From an uncultured Anaerolineaceae bacterium (GTDB lineage Bacteria; Chloroflexota; Anaerolineae; Anaerolineales; Anaerolineaceae), in NCBI GenBank assembly GCA_964532655.1, contig CAZHMZ010000003.1, forward strand, positions 8 to 64,007: 64,000 nucleotides of DNA, in the 5' to 3' direction. Both the position numbers and the translations under genes were made by a program. How positions within the stretch are numbered: position 1 is the first letter of the stretch; every line of letters begins with the position of its first letter. This document shows positions 30,136 to 39,949 of the stretch, piece by piece. The notes below the pieces were generated by a model, which was given only the letters and a program-made list of their open reading frames with translations, had not been told where the DNA came from and did no database searches.

Positions 30136-31503
30136 TTAATCAACGAATTGAGAAGCCAGCAGTAAAGCACAACCCAGTTGCACACTGGCCAGTTTTTTGA
30201 TCGGGATCACTTCGTATGCCAGCGCCTTCTCCAGCATGGCGGCTTTTTCAACAAAATATTCGCTTAAGGCCTCGTGTGCCTTGATCAACGTCGGATCATC
30301 GCCACTGACAGTCATCTGGGATTTGAGCATCCGCACCGCGGTTCCCAACCCCAGTAATTCGTAAAAACGTGCGCCCAGTTCATTGTCAAACTTTTCCGCA
30401 ACGCTCGCGCAGGCATCCAAAGAGGGATCGCTTTTGGCCCAGTTTTCCTGAGCGGTGTAGTGCGCCTCCGCAGTTTCCAAAAAGTTCTTCGTGGTTTCAC
30501 GGAAGGCGGTATTCAATGTGAGCATGGGCCAGACAGGGTCCAGGATTTCCTTCATTTTTTGAAGGTGTTTACGGTCTTGCTGAACACTCGCCAGAATCAA
30601 AGTGCGCTTGATTTCTGAGGTGAGGGCAGTAGCGTTAATGGCCGGATTGTAGAAATACGGCATCTCGCACACCAGGAACAGCGGGTCGGTAAACCGGCGG
30701 GCATATTCGTAGCTGCTTGAACCGCTTTTAATGATTTCAGCCGGGTCCTCTTTGGAATTCTTCTCCAAAAAGTCATAACCGTCCGCGGCGCCAATCATCC
30801 CAAACACAGCATCGCTAAACTTGCGAGCATACGGCACTTCAGGTTCACCCAGATGCAGCGGCAGATCCTGGCTTTTCACGAGCCTGAAAAAGTCGGGGTA
30901 AAAATTGGGGATATCGTTTGACAGATACATGTACACCCCGCCAAACCCGGAGTTGTGCAGCGAGAACATGAAATCCGGTTTCACATCCTCAATCAACTTC
31001 ATCAAGGCGCGAGTCTCGGGCAGGGGCTGGTCAAACTTGAGCGTCTTGTACTCAATCGGAAAACTCCACTCCACCTGTTCATAACCGGGCGGGCGGTAAT
31101 AATGCTGAGCATAGTTGGTCACCGTAAAAGGCCCCTTGAACCAGCCTTCATTCAGGCGGGTGCCATCCACATCAATACACTTGACCACGTACCAGGTGTA
31201 ATCCAGCTCATTACGGAAGGCGTCGTCGCTGGCCAGTTTCTCGGTCAGGAACTCCAGCATCATGGAACCGATGGGTTCGTTGGGATGTGGCATGGCGAAC
31301 AGTAAAGCGGTCCGCTTGCCGGACCCAATCTTGAGTGCGTAAATGGGGTCATCCGCGCGTGAACGCCCGATTTCCATACACGTGACCACATCCGGATACT
31401 GCTCCGACAGCCGGTGAGCGCTCTGGTTGAGTTCATCGACAGTCAAAAATACCTTGTAGTCGGGGACTTCATTGAGTATGCTGAGCACACGATCCAACTG
31501 CAT
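30136..31503 (-). CDS. M14-family zinc carboxypeptidase-like protein
   Basis: 455 aa with an HxxE zinc motif (MPHPNEPIG) and a later SLHNSGFGG that could supply the third ligand. The assignment rests on motifs only. Confidence 0.6.
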   Translation of the reverse strand: MQLDRVLSILNEVPDYKVFLTVDELNQSAHRLSEQYPDVVTCMEIGRSRADDPIYALKIGSGKRTALLFAMPHPNEPIGSMMLEFLTEKLASDDAFRNELDYTWYVVKCIDVDGTRLNEGWFKGPFTVTNYAQHYYRPPGYEQVEWSFPIEYKTLKFDQPLPETRALMKLIEDVKPDFMFSLHNSGFGGVYMYLSNDIPNFYPDFFRLVKSQDLPLHLGEPEVPYARKFSDAVFGMIGAADGYDFLEKNSKEDPAEIIKSGSSSYEYARRFTDPLFLVCEMPYFYNPAINATALTSEIKRTLILASVQQDRKHLQKMKEILDPVWPMLTLNTAFRETTKNFLETAEAHYTAQENWAKSDPSLDACASVAEKFDNELGARFYELLGLGTAVRMLKSQMTVSGDDPTLIKAHEALSEYFVEKAAMLEKALAYEVIPIKKLASVQLGCALLLASQFVD

Positions 31504-31634
31504 GGGTTCACCTCCGAATTGTTCAGTTATGAATTGTTGATATCAGGGAAAGACGGCTTGAGAAGCATAACACAAATGAGGTAACGGTTCAACCAATAGC
31601 CAGGGAGCAGAGTAAATCGACTTTCATGATCTTC

Positions 31635-31663
31635 TTGACAATCATCCATCCTGCATGTACAAT
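31635..31663 (+). promoter_or_regulatory. Sigma70-type promoter TTGACA-17-TACAAT upstream of tRNA-Phe
   Basis: -35 at 31635-31640, 17-nt spacer, -10 at 31658-31663, about 27 nt before the tRNA 5' end. Confidence 0.6.
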
Positions 31664-31689
31664 ACTGCCACATTCAATCGTGGATGTAC

Positions 31690-31762
31690 GCCGAGATAGC
31701 TCAGTTGGTAGAGCACACGACTGAAAATTGTGGTGTCGTCAGTTCAATTCTGTCTCTCGGCA
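31690..31762 (+). tRNA. tRNA-Phe (anticodon GAA)
   Basis: Hand-folded cloverleaf. The acceptor stem is GCCGAGA/TCTCGGC, the D-arm GCTC-AGTTGGTA-GAGC, the anticodon arm CACGA-CTGAAAA-TTGTG (GAA at 31723-31725) and the T-loop TTCAATT. There is one U-U mismatch in the T stem, and CCA is not encoded. Confidence 0.9.
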
Positions 31763-31776
31763 CACGTAGGATGTAA

Positions 31777-31822
31777 AAAAGTCAACTCCTTTGTCCTTCG
31801 GGATGAAGGAGTTGACTTTTTA
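31777..31822. terminator. Bidirectional terminator (15-bp stem) after tRNA-Phe and the convergent TIM-barrel gene
   Basis: AAAAGTCAACTCCTT...AAGGAGTTGACTTTT with flanking A- and T-runs. Confidence 0.85.
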
Positions 31823-31843
31823 ATCCGTCAATTCTTATGAGGC

Positions 31844-32695
31844 TCAAGAGACCTGCAGCAGATCCTGCAGAAAACGAACCGACTGGCTCACATCCTGGGT
31901 GCTGGCGCGTGTTAGTTCCAGCGTGATGCAGCGTAGACGGTACAACCGTTCAAACAATGGCGCCACCTCACTCCATGAGATGCTCCCCTCCCCCATCGGC
32001 AACCGTTCCATGACCGGCGCAAAATCGGCCAGGTGCAGGTTGACAATCTGATCGCTCAGTTCCGAGAGCATGTCGAACACCCATCCGCAGCACTGCGCGT
32101 GCACCACATCCAGGGTGATGCCAAAAGCCGGATGGTTGATCTCTTTGGTCAGCCTGCCCAGACTGGCGGGATGATTGAAGAAATCACTCTCATCGTCTTC
32201 CCACATCTTGATGTTTTCCAGTGCAATGATCAGCCCCATCTCCTTTGCATGGTCCAGCAGATCCTGAAATCCGGGCAGCGGGGCATCCGCCAAGCGGGTT
32301 TCTCCACGCAGATAAGCCTCAGCACCTTCATGGGTGCCAAACATATGATGCGGATGAATATCGATCACCTCGGCTTCCAGTGAGGCTGCCACATCCATCG
32401 TCTGCACCAGGTAATCCAGCCGCGAACGCAGGCTATACCCGTTACCCGTATCCATATTGGGCGCGTGAACCGAATGAACGACCGCGCGCCCGCTTTCCAC
32501 CCGACTGATCAGATCGAGCAGAATCGGGATATCAAAAGAGCGGTCGAAATGCAGCCTGAATTCATTAGCTTGCAGGTTCAATTCACAATCGGTGATACCA
32601 ATTTTGTTCAGCAGATCAAGGCTGCGAAGAGTACCTTCCGGCCAGAATGAACCGGTTGCAACAGATATGGGCAGGCGTTGAGAAAAATGAGGCAT
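31844..32695 (-). CDS. Sugar phosphate isomerase/epimerase (xylose isomerase-like TIM barrel)
   Basis: AP_endonuc_2-like pattern (SVHAP, IDIHPH, ALEN, LHLAD). The ORF track extends to 32758; MPHFSQRLPISV at ATG 32695 is the preferred start. Confidence 0.75.
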   Translation of the reverse strand: MPHFSQRLPISVATGSFWPEGTLRSLDLLNKIGITDCELNLQANEFRLHFDRSFDIPILLDLISRVESGRAVVHSVHAPNMDTGNGYSLRSRLDYLVQTMDVAASLEAEVIDIHPHHMFGTHEGAEAYLRGETRLADAPLPGFQDLLDHAKEMGLIIALENIKMWEDDESDFFNHPASLGRLTKEINHPAFGITLDVVHAQCCGWVFDMLSELSDQIVNLHLADFAPVMERLPMGEGSISWSEVAPLFERLYRLRCITLELTRASTQDVSQSVRFLQDLLQVS

Positions 32696-32835
32696 GATAA
32701 CGTCTCCGGGGCGATGGGTATCAGGTACACAGGAAAGGTGAAAACAAACGTAATGCATTGCTTATGGTACTACAAAGCGCTGGGCAACAGGTGAGGTATC
32801 CGTCCTGATTTTCAATCTGTTACAATTGACCCATC

Positions 32836-34218
32836 ATGAAAAAAGGCTTTTACATCGCCATCCTGCTGATCCTGTCTGGAGTGGTGGCCCTGTGGGTTGG
32901 GCTGCAGCGCCCCATTACGGTGATCACCTCCGCCGGTTCTCACACCGTGGTGACACGCACTCGTGATGTGGGCAAGGTACTCACCCAGGCGGGCTACAGC
33001 CTGGCAGCAGATGACGCGGTGAGCCCGGCGCTCGATGAAAGCACCGGCTGGCAAAATCCCATTTACATCAATCGGGCTGCACGGGTACGGGTGGTGGATC
33101 TTTCACAGGCGCTGGATGTGACCCTCACCAGTCGGGAACGTATCCCGGCCAATCTGCTGCTCCAGGCGGGGCTGGTTCTTTACCCCGGCGACCAGGTTCT
33201 GCTGAACGGACAGCCAATCCCGGCAGAGAAGTCTCTACCCTATCAACCCGCCTTTACACTGCAGGTCAATCCGACCCATCCGCTGTGGGTCGACGTCAAC
33301 GATACAACCGTGAAGCTTACCTCAAACCTGCCCTCACTCGGGCAGGCACTGTGGGCAGCCGGCATCACCTTACGAAGCGCGGATCAGATCACGCACAGCC
33401 TTGCCCTGCCCATTGACTCTCTTGCTAGTGGGGTGAACATCCTGACCGCCAACCCGCTCAAGGTGATCACCTCCGCAGGTCAAATCAACACGCTGGCGGC
33501 CGCTCGGACAGCCGGGCAAACTCTGAGCCTGGCCGAAATTCCGCTGCAGGGTCTGGATTACAGCCTCCCTGCGGAGAACCTGCCCGTTCCTGCCAGCGGA
33601 CGCATCCAGATCGTTCGCGTCCAGGAGGACATGGCTCTGACCCAGACGGTCATCCCCTATGAGAGCGACTCGGTGCAGGACAGCAATACCGAGGTGGGTC
33701 AGGTGAGTGTGATTAAAGCCGGCCAGTTTGGTCTGCAGGTGAGCCGTGAACGCATCCGCTATGAAGACGGGCTGGAAGTGAGCCGTGTGCTGGAGGACGA
33801 GTGGGTGGCCGCCGAACCTCAAAACGAGTTGCTGGGCATTGGCACCAAAATCGTTTTGAAAACGCTGGATACTCCATCGGGCACATTGGAGTACTGGCGG
33901 GCTATCACAGCGGTGGTGACATCGTACTCTCCCTGCCGGCTGGGCAACGATACCTGTAACAGCGTGACCGCCAGCGGGATGACCCTGCAGAAAGGCGTAG
34001 TCGCGGTGGATTGTGACTGGTACAGCCAGTTAGCCGGTCTGCAGGTTTACGTACCGGGTTACGGCAAAGCCGTCATCGCGGATTGCGGGGGCGGAATTTC
34101 CAGCGGTTTCTGGCTGGATCTGGGTTTTTCCGACGATAATTATGAAAGCTGGGGTGGCTCGGTGATGCTGTATTTTCTGGCTCCAGCACCGGCCTACATC
34201 CCCTACGTATTGCAATGA
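32836..34218 (+). CDS. Cell-wall-associated protein with N-terminal anchor, DUF348-like repeats, G5 domain and C-terminal 3D (RlpA-like) domain (YabE/RpfB architecture)
   Basis: The N-terminal TM segment is followed by a G5-like block (VIPYESDSVQDSNTEVGQVSVIKAGQFGLQVSRERIRYEDG). The 3D-like C-terminus is TASGMTLQKGVVAVDCDW...GKAVIADCGG. It overlaps rsmA by 4 nt. Confidence 0.75.
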   Translation: MKKGFYIAILLILSGVVALWVGLQRPITVITSAGSHTVVTRTRDVGKVLTQAGYSLAADDAVSPALDESTGWQNPIYINRAARVRVVDLSQALDVTLTSRERIPANLLLQAGLVLYPGDQVLLNGQPIPAEKSLPYQPAFTLQVNPTHPLWVDVNDTTVKLTSNLPSLGQALWAAGITLRSADQITHSLALPIDSLASGVNILTANPLKVITSAGQINTLAAARTAGQTLSLAEIPLQGLDYSLPAENLPVPASGRIQIVRVQEDMALTQTVIPYESDSVQDSNTEVGQVSVIKAGQFGLQVSRERIRYEDGLEVSRVLEDEWVAAEPQNELLGIGTKIVLKTLDTPSGTLEYWRAITAVVTSYSPCRLGNDTCNSVTASGMTLQKGVVAVDCDWYSQLAGLQVYVPGYGKAVIADCGGGISSGFWLDLGFSDDNYESWGGSVMLYFLAPAPAYIPYVLQ

Positions 34219-35060
34219 CACCTTCCAAACTTGATCTCCCCTCCCTGCTGAACAGGCACCATATCCGGCCGAAAAAAAGTCTCGGACAAAACTTCCTGTG
34301 GGACCCAAACATTTTAAACCGAATTGTGGATTCGGCGCACCTGCCGCAAGGCGCCCAGGTGCTCGAGATCGGTCCCGGCGTGGGCACGCTCACCCGTCAC
34401 CTGGCTGAAGCGGCAGCCTTTGTCAAAACAGTCGAGATCGACCGCACGCTCAAACCCGCTCTTGATGAAGTACTTTCACCGTATTCCAACGTGGAATTGA
34501 TCATTGGCGATATTCTTAAAGTGGCGCCCATGGATGTGATGCCCTCCGGCGGGTATTATGTGATCGCCAATATTCCGTTCTATATCACCTCGGCGCTCAT
34601 CCGGCACCTGCTGGAAACGCCCAAAAAGCCCGCCCGCATGGTGCTCACCATTCAGTATGAAGTTGCCAAGCGGGTCTGCGCTCAACCCGGCGATTTATCG
34701 CTGCTGGCGCTGAGTGTGCAGGTATACGGCAAGCCGAGCCTGGAATACAAAATCCCGGCCGGGGCTTTCTACCCGGTACCGGATGTGGATTCAGCCGTCT
34801 TGCGCATTGATTTATACGACCAGCCGCTCATCCCGGATGATCAGCTTGAGTTGTTCTTCCGGTTGGCCAAAGCCGGTTTTCATCAGAAAAGAAAAAAGAT
34901 CCGTAATGCCCTGGCGGAGGGTCTGCGGATCCCGGTAGATAAAGTGGAAAACACGCTGATTCTGGCCGGCATCGACCCTGCCTCGCGCGCCCAGATGTTG
35001 GACCTGGATGAATGGGCCAGTTTGTTGAAGATCTGGCCGGCTCAGTTCCCTGCTTTATAA
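34215..35060 (+). CDS. rsmA: 16S rRNA (adenine1518/1519-N6)-dimethyltransferase
   Basis: 281 aa with KSLGQNFL, VLEIGPGVGTLT and NIPFYITS. Confidence 0.95.
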   Translation: MTPSKLDLPSLLNRHHIRPKKSLGQNFLWDPNILNRIVDSAHLPQGAQVLEIGPGVGTLTRHLAEAAAFVKTVEIDRTLKPALDEVLSPYSNVELIIGDILKVAPMDVMPSGGYYVIANIPFYITSALIRHLLETPKKPARMVLTIQYEVAKRVCAQPGDLSLLALSVQVYGKPSLEYKIPAGAFYPVPDVDSAVLRIDLYDQPLIPDDQLELFFRLAKAGFHQKRKKIRNALAEGLRIPVDKVENTLILAGIDPASRAQMLDLDEWASLLKIWPAQFPAL

Positions 35061-35789
35061 ATTTTTCAAAGGTTTGATCCCACGGTGGATCCATTTCACC
35101 TGCCATACACGCAGGGCGGCTTCCACCTGGATACGAAACGACATCTTCGAAGTGCCAAAACGGCGCTCTGAAAAGTATATAGGGACCTCTATAAACTTGA
35201 AACCCAGCCGGTGGGCTACATACGCCATTTCTACCTGAAACACATACCCGTTGGAGCAAATATCATCCAGCGGCATCGCTTCCAGCACTCGCCGGCTCCA
35301 CAGCCTGAAACCACCCGTTCCATCCTTAATCGGCAGGTTGAGGATGCTGCGTGCATACAGATTTCCAAACGACGAAAGTCCCTTTCGCCAGGCAGGCCAG
35401 TTTTCATCCAACCCGCCGCCGGTAATGTAGCGTGATCCCACCGCGATATCGGTTCGGTTCAGCGCGGCCGCCATCTCCAGGATTTTCGCAGGCGGATGTG
35501 AAAAATCAGCATCCATCTGCCCGATGGTATCTGGGAGGGTCCCGTTGATCCCGTTTTTCAGCAAAAATTGGATGCCCTGGATGTAAGCGGTTCCCAAACC
35601 CAGTTTCCCGGCCCGGTGCATCACGGCGATCCGACCGGGGTACTGCAAAGCCAGCTCTTCGGCTTTCTGACCGGTGCCGTCCGGGCTGTTATCATCGACA
35701 ATCAGCAGGCTGACCGGGGCAGGCAAATCCAGTACCGCGGCGCAAATTTTGGGCAGATTCTCCACCTCGTTATAGGTGGGCATGATCAT
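35055..35789 (-). CDS. GT2 glycosyltransferase, polyprenol/dolichol-phosphate mannose synthase-like
   Basis: MIMPTYNEVENLP..., IVDDNSPDGT, MDADFSHPP. The ORF track extends to 35999; the internal ATG 35789 gives a typical ~245-aa enzyme. Confidence 0.85.
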   Translation of the reverse strand: MIMPTYNEVENLPKICAAVLDLPAPVSLLIVDDNSPDGTGQKAEELALQYPGRIAVMHRAGKLGLGTAYIQGIQFLLKNGINGTLPDTIGQMDADFSHPPAKILEMAAALNRTDIAVGSRYITGGGLDENWPAWRKGLSSFGNLYARSILNLPIKDGTGGFRLWSRRVLEAMPLDDICSNGYVFQVEMAYVAHRLGFKFIEVPIYFSERRFGTSKMSFRIQVEAALRVWQVKWIHRGIKPLKNL

Positions 35790-36090
35790 GGTGATGTTCA
35801 AAGGGCTGCTCGTTTCTCTTAATCGGTTTACAAATCTAAAAAGCAAAGTGCACAATTGATACCACATCGACCGCGGGATGGGTAGAGCAGGATGTAATGG
35901 AAAAGATGAAGATTTCCTCTCTGGATGAAATCCAGCCATATTGTTGAATGCCGTGACAATCCGCGGGCAAGATATCCAGGAAATAAGCGGCGCTTTCAAT
36001 TGATCTATGGTAAATTAGGGTTTGCTCACCGAAGGATCATCAATCCAGTCTGGAAACGGTGAAAGCCATTATCACTTACAGGATGTGGAA

Positions 36091-36819
36091 ATGTCAAAAC
36101 CTTATATTGGTGTCACGGCAAACAGGTTGATTGAAACGAATTCCAACACAAGGATCGCGGTGAATAGCGCATACCTTCAGGCTGTGCTGTTGGCCGGAGG
36201 TACCCCCGTTGCCATTCCGTATCCGCTCTCGGCGCAGCGGTTGTTAGATTTTTATGACCAACTGGATGGGATATTGTTTACAGGTGGGGTGGAAGACATT
36301 GATCCGGCGCTGTATGGGCACCCGAAGCACCCTTCCATCACGGAGATCGACAGGGAGAGGGATCAACTGGAAATCACATTGATCAAGCGGCTGGCAGCAG
36401 AGGGTAAGTCATTCCTGGGCATTTGCCGGGGCATCGAAATCATCAATGTGGCGCTTGGAGGTACTTTATATACCGATATCGAGGAGCAGCGCCCTGGCTC
36501 AATCCCCCATTCGTATCCATATGATCCACCGCTCAACAGCCTGGTGCATACCGTCAAGACTGAACCCTCCAGCATTCTCAGTAAAATATTAGGGGATGAG
36601 GACGTGTGGGTCAACAGTTTTCACCACCAGGGAATCCGCGATGTTGCCCCTGTGCTGAAGGCCACGGCTCACGCAAGCGACGGTCTGGTAGAGGGTTTGG
36701 AGCTCCCAGGGCATCCATTTGGACTGGCTGTGCAATGGCATCCGGAAGAGTTCACCGACTTAGAACCCATGCTAAATCTGTTCCGTGCGCTGGTGAACAG
36801 TTCAGCGCAATCAAAATAA
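36091..36819 (+). CDS. Class I glutamine amidotransferase / gamma-glutamyl hydrolase-like peptidase C26 (PuuD family)
   Basis: Nucleophile elbow GICRGIEIINVALGG, then NSFHHQG and QWHPE. ATG 36091 is preferred over the TTG at 36022. Confidence 0.85.
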   Translation: MSKPYIGVTANRLIETNSNTRIAVNSAYLQAVLLAGGTPVAIPYPLSAQRLLDFYDQLDGILFTGGVEDIDPALYGHPKHPSITEIDRERDQLEITLIKRLAAEGKSFLGICRGIEIINVALGGTLYTDIEEQRPGSIPHSYPYDPPLNSLVHTVKTEPSSILSKILGDEDVWVNSFHHQGIRDVAPVLKATAHASDGLVEGLELPGHPFGLAVQWHPEEFTDLEPMLNLFRALVNSSAQSK

Positions 36820-36846
36820 CGGGGTTTCACTTGTACTCGAAATATC

Positions 36847-36876
36847 AGGGCTGTCCTATCTGACAGCCCTTGATTT
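36847..36876 (+). terminator. Rho-independent terminator; last element before the compositional drop
   Basis: AGGGCTGTC-ctatct-GACAGCCCT followed by TGATTT. Confidence 0.65.
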
Positions 36877-37065
36877 ACGTGCTGGATTTTTAGAAATTAT
36901 GCGGGATTTTCAGTGTCGGTATGCAGTTCAGCCGGGTTCATCTACCCAATGGGGTGAGTCTGATAATTTAAAGTTTGGTGAGCCAGGATTTTTTCGATTC
37001 TGCAACCAATAAGATTCACCTGACTCACCATCGATATAAGCAAAGATTTAGCGCAATTTATTACA

Positions 37066-38556
37066 TTAATTGCCCTTGCTGGAATTTGAAAAACTGTACA
37101 GCAGATCAGCCAGTGATTCTTCAAATTCCAGTAAACCACCCACCTTGTCGTTTCCTTCAATGACCATATATTCATCCGGTCCGGAATGCCCGGTTGCATA
37201 GCTTAACCCGGTCGAATTCAGGGCCTTCAACCCCAGCATCTTGGAGAAGAACCCGGTCGGTCCTCCTGCGCCTTTTCTGGGCCAGATCAGAGGACTGATA
37301 TTCCACTCCTCAAAAACCTTAAGGGATGATTGAAGCAAAGCATCGGAGACGTTGAGTGGAATTTCAGCCGAAGAGGTTTCCAGCGGTGTCAACGTGATAT
37401 CGCTATATCCATTCTTATCCAGATGCTTGCGAATCTTATTGAGAATATCGATCGGATCCATATTATAGGGTAATCGAATATCGATTGTGCAGTAAGCTTC
37501 GTGGGGAAGAGTCCATAAAAGAGTCCCTGGGCCGGTGTAACCACCACGGATACCATTGATATTCATTGTCGGCGAATAAGAATACCGTGAAATAACTTCT
37601 GCACCTTTCTCATTGTTGATAAAGTGCTTAACCCGGTCTTTGCCGCCTAAAGCCGTGATCGCATCGCATTCTCTGCCTTTGTATTTGTCGGCCAGAATTT
37701 GAATTAATTCCTTTTCGTCTTCAGGGGGCACTTCAACATCATCATAAAAACCGTCAACCAGGACTTTGTTTGTTTCATGATCGTACATGGAATTCAGGGC
37801 TGAAACCAACCGCCAGACTGGCTGATCGACTATACATTGAACTGATGAATGAACAGAAGCTCCAATGGGACCCTTACCCCACATTTCTCCCGAGCATTTC
37901 ATTTCAAAATGCAAACAGCCTTTATTCCCCAGGTAAAGGGTCACATCGCCATCCATCGTCTGGCAGGCTTTGGGGAAAAGCAGAGCATCAGAATTTTTCA
38001 ACTGATCCTTGAAGCGATTAATCAGATAAGGGATCTGGTTACTACCCAGGAATTCATCTCCTTCGATGATGAAATTCAAGTTAACCGGCAATTCTCCTTC
38101 AACTTTCAGTATCGCTTCGATAACATTCAGGAATGCGATTAACCCACCTTTGTTCGATGCGCCTCTGCCAAACAAAACCTTTTTAAAAGGTTCATGTTGC
38201 TCAACTACTGCTTCGTAAGGTGGTTTACTCCAGTTTGCGCCAACCACATTTGTATCGTAGTAATCATATACAGTAATGGTTTTGTTCGACTTCCCTTTAT
38301 AACTGGCCCATAATGCAGGGAAACCAGGCGTCTCAATGATTTCAACATCAGTCAGCCCAACCTCCAAAAAAATCGATTTCAAAAGTTCGGCACATTCTCT
38401 GACGCCATTATTTTCAAGTGCCACACTTGGCTGCGAAATGAATTTTCGAAGACGTTGGATATGATCATTCTGAAGAAGATCAAGCTTTTCGTGTACTTTC
38501 TTTTTACCTGTTTCGTTTTTCATTTGAGTTTTCCTGTCAGTTTTCTTCGCTATCAT
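37066..38556 (-). CDS. M20-family metallopeptidase (dipeptidase/deacylase type)
   Basis: 496 aa with an M20-like layout: a catalytic domain with GRGASNKGG and EGDEF(L)GS motifs and a dimerisation-domain insert. An alternative start is M12 at 38523. Confidence 0.8.
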   Translation of the reverse strand: MIAKKTDRKTQMKNETGKKKVHEKLDLLQNDHIQRLRKFISQPSVALENNGVRECAELLKSIFLEVGLTDVEIIETPGFPALWASYKGKSNKTITVYDYYDTNVVGANWSKPPYEAVVEQHEPFKKVLFGRGASNKGGLIAFLNVIEAILKVEGELPVNLNFIIEGDEFLGSNQIPYLINRFKDQLKNSDALLFPKACQTMDGDVTLYLGNKGCLHFEMKCSGEMWGKGPIGASVHSSVQCIVDQPVWRLVSALNSMYDHETNKVLVDGFYDDVEVPPEDEKELIQILADKYKGRECDAITALGGKDRVKHFINNEKGAEVISRYSYSPTMNINGIRGGYTGPGTLLWTLPHEAYCTIDIRLPYNMDPIDILNKIRKHLDKNGYSDITLTPLETSSAEIPLNVSDALLQSSLKVFEEWNISPLIWPRKGAGGPTGFFSKMLGLKALNSTGLSYATGHSGPDEYMVIEGNDKVGGLLEFEESLADLLYSFSNSSKGN

Positions 38557-38647
38557 TTTTACAAAACCTGGATCAGATCAAAGTATTCCAGGAATTTCGT
38601 TTTCAATCTCTCTTTTTCTATAAATACCTTTCTCACTGGTATTGAGA

Positions 38648-39925
38648 TTAAGGCAAAAACACGGCCATATCTTTTCCAAATACGGGTGAGGAAACAAGAT
38701 CATCAAATCTTTTGTCGACTACAACGTCCCCATCTAAAATAACCGCCCTTACCCTCCCAAATGCATCAATGTCCTCAAGGGGGTTGCCATCCAAAAAGAT
38801 CATATCCGCTTTCTTGCCTGGAATAATCTGCCCGACATCCTCTGCATCAATCGCGTTGGCTGCGTCTCGGGTGGCTGCAAAAACCAGTTCCATGGGAGAT
38901 AAACCCGCCCGGCTTAATAACTTGAGGCCGATCGCATAATTACCAAATTCACGGATCGCATCTGTACCCATCACAATTCGGATGCCAAGCTCCTTAAATC
39001 GTCTGGTAAAGTCCAGTTTTGTTTCGAGCTTGTATTTTGCAGCCTGCAATTGTTGCTCTTCTGCATTGCTCAAACCAACAGTGGCTTTCTTATTTTCCAG
39101 CTGTTCAATCACGTTGTAACCTGTCTGGATGGTAGGGCTGATCGTCAAATTCTTCTTTGCGATCTTCTCCGCCGTGCTTTGAGAGAATTCCCTGACCCCA
39201 TTGGGCAAAAGGAAATTGAAATGCTCGATTTGATCGACGCCTGCATCAGCAGCCCGCTCAACAGAATCTGCCGAAATACAATGGGCAGTAGCTTTTTTCC
39301 CAAATTCGTGTATCTGATCTACGGCAGCTTTCATTTCTTTTGTAGTAAATGTTGGGCGGGTCGCATCGGTTCCCTTTGTTCCGCCCCCACTTGCCATAAT
39401 TTTCAGAAAATCTGCTCCGTCTTTAACCAACTGCCGGACCGCTTTTACAACTCCGACTTCACCATCTGCCTCCTGTCCACACCACCAGAAATGTCCACCG
39501 GTAGTAGTCAAAGGTCGGCCGCAGGCAAGAATTCGAGGGGATAGGAATAACTTCGCATCCCTTGCCTGTTTGATTGCGAACCCAACATTATTTCTCGCAC
39601 CGCAATCGCGTAATGTCGTAACGCCGGCTCGTAAATGTTTATACGCGTTCTTAGGGCCTCTCAGAATCATCAATTCATCACTATCGTTATGAATTACATC
39701 TTCATACGACCTTGGCGTGCCAAACATTAAGTGGGAATGGACATCAACAAATCCGGGCATCAGGGTCATCCCCTTCTGCTCGTACACCTTAATTCCTTCG
39801 GGCCAATTCTTACTTCCTGTTGGAACAATTTCGATGATCCTACCATTTTCAACACTGACATCAACAAATTTCTTCGGTTCCCGCCCAAATCCATCAATCA
39901 ATAAATCCGTTCGATATACCAGCAT
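38648..39925 (-). CDS. Amidohydrolase-superfamily metallohydrolase (COG1228-like; imidazolonepropionase / Xaa-Pro dipeptidase relatives)
   Basis: 425 aa with ligand pattern DVHSHL (HxH), FLKIMASGG (Lys), TAHC and MGTDA. AGGAGA precedes the ATG. Confidence 0.85.
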   Translation of the reverse strand: MLVYRTDLLIDGFGREPKKFVDVSVENGRIIEIVPTGSKNWPEGIKVYEQKGMTLMPGFVDVHSHLMFGTPRSYEDVIHNDSDELMILRGPKNAYKHLRAGVTTLRDCGARNNVGFAIKQARDAKLFLSPRILACGRPLTTTGGHFWWCGQEADGEVGVVKAVRQLVKDGADFLKIMASGGGTKGTDATRPTFTTKEMKAAVDQIHEFGKKATAHCISADSVERAADAGVDQIEHFNFLLPNGVREFSQSTAEKIAKKNLTISPTIQTGYNVIEQLENKKATVGLSNAEEQQLQAAKYKLETKLDFTRRFKELGIRIVMGTDAIREFGNYAIGLKLLSRAGLSPMELVFAATRDAANAIDAEDVGQIIPGKKADMIFLDGNPLEDIDAFGRVRAVILDGDVVVDKRFDDLVSSPVFGKDMAVFLP

Positions 39926-39949
39926 TTTTGTCTCCTGATTCTTGTCCTG

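Noticed and set aside
29983-30165. 60-aa plus-strand ORF in the ABC/M14 intergenic region
   Set aside because: It reads straight through the intrinsic terminator hairpin and into the M14-like gene's 3' end. The region is more likely non-coding.
32696-32835. Possible ydaO-type (c-di-AMP) riboswitch upstream of the G5/3D cell-wall gene
   Set aside because: I looked because such genes often carry this riboswitch. The ~140-nt region lacks the conserved ydaO sequence blocks as I recall them. This could not be confirmed without a covariance-model search.
31690-37065. tRNA-Phe as the integration site of the low-GC island
   Set aside because: The tRNA is ~5 kb from the compositional boundary, with GC-rich housekeeping genes (rsmA and others) in between. 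There is no integrase and no direct repeat of the tRNA 3' end.
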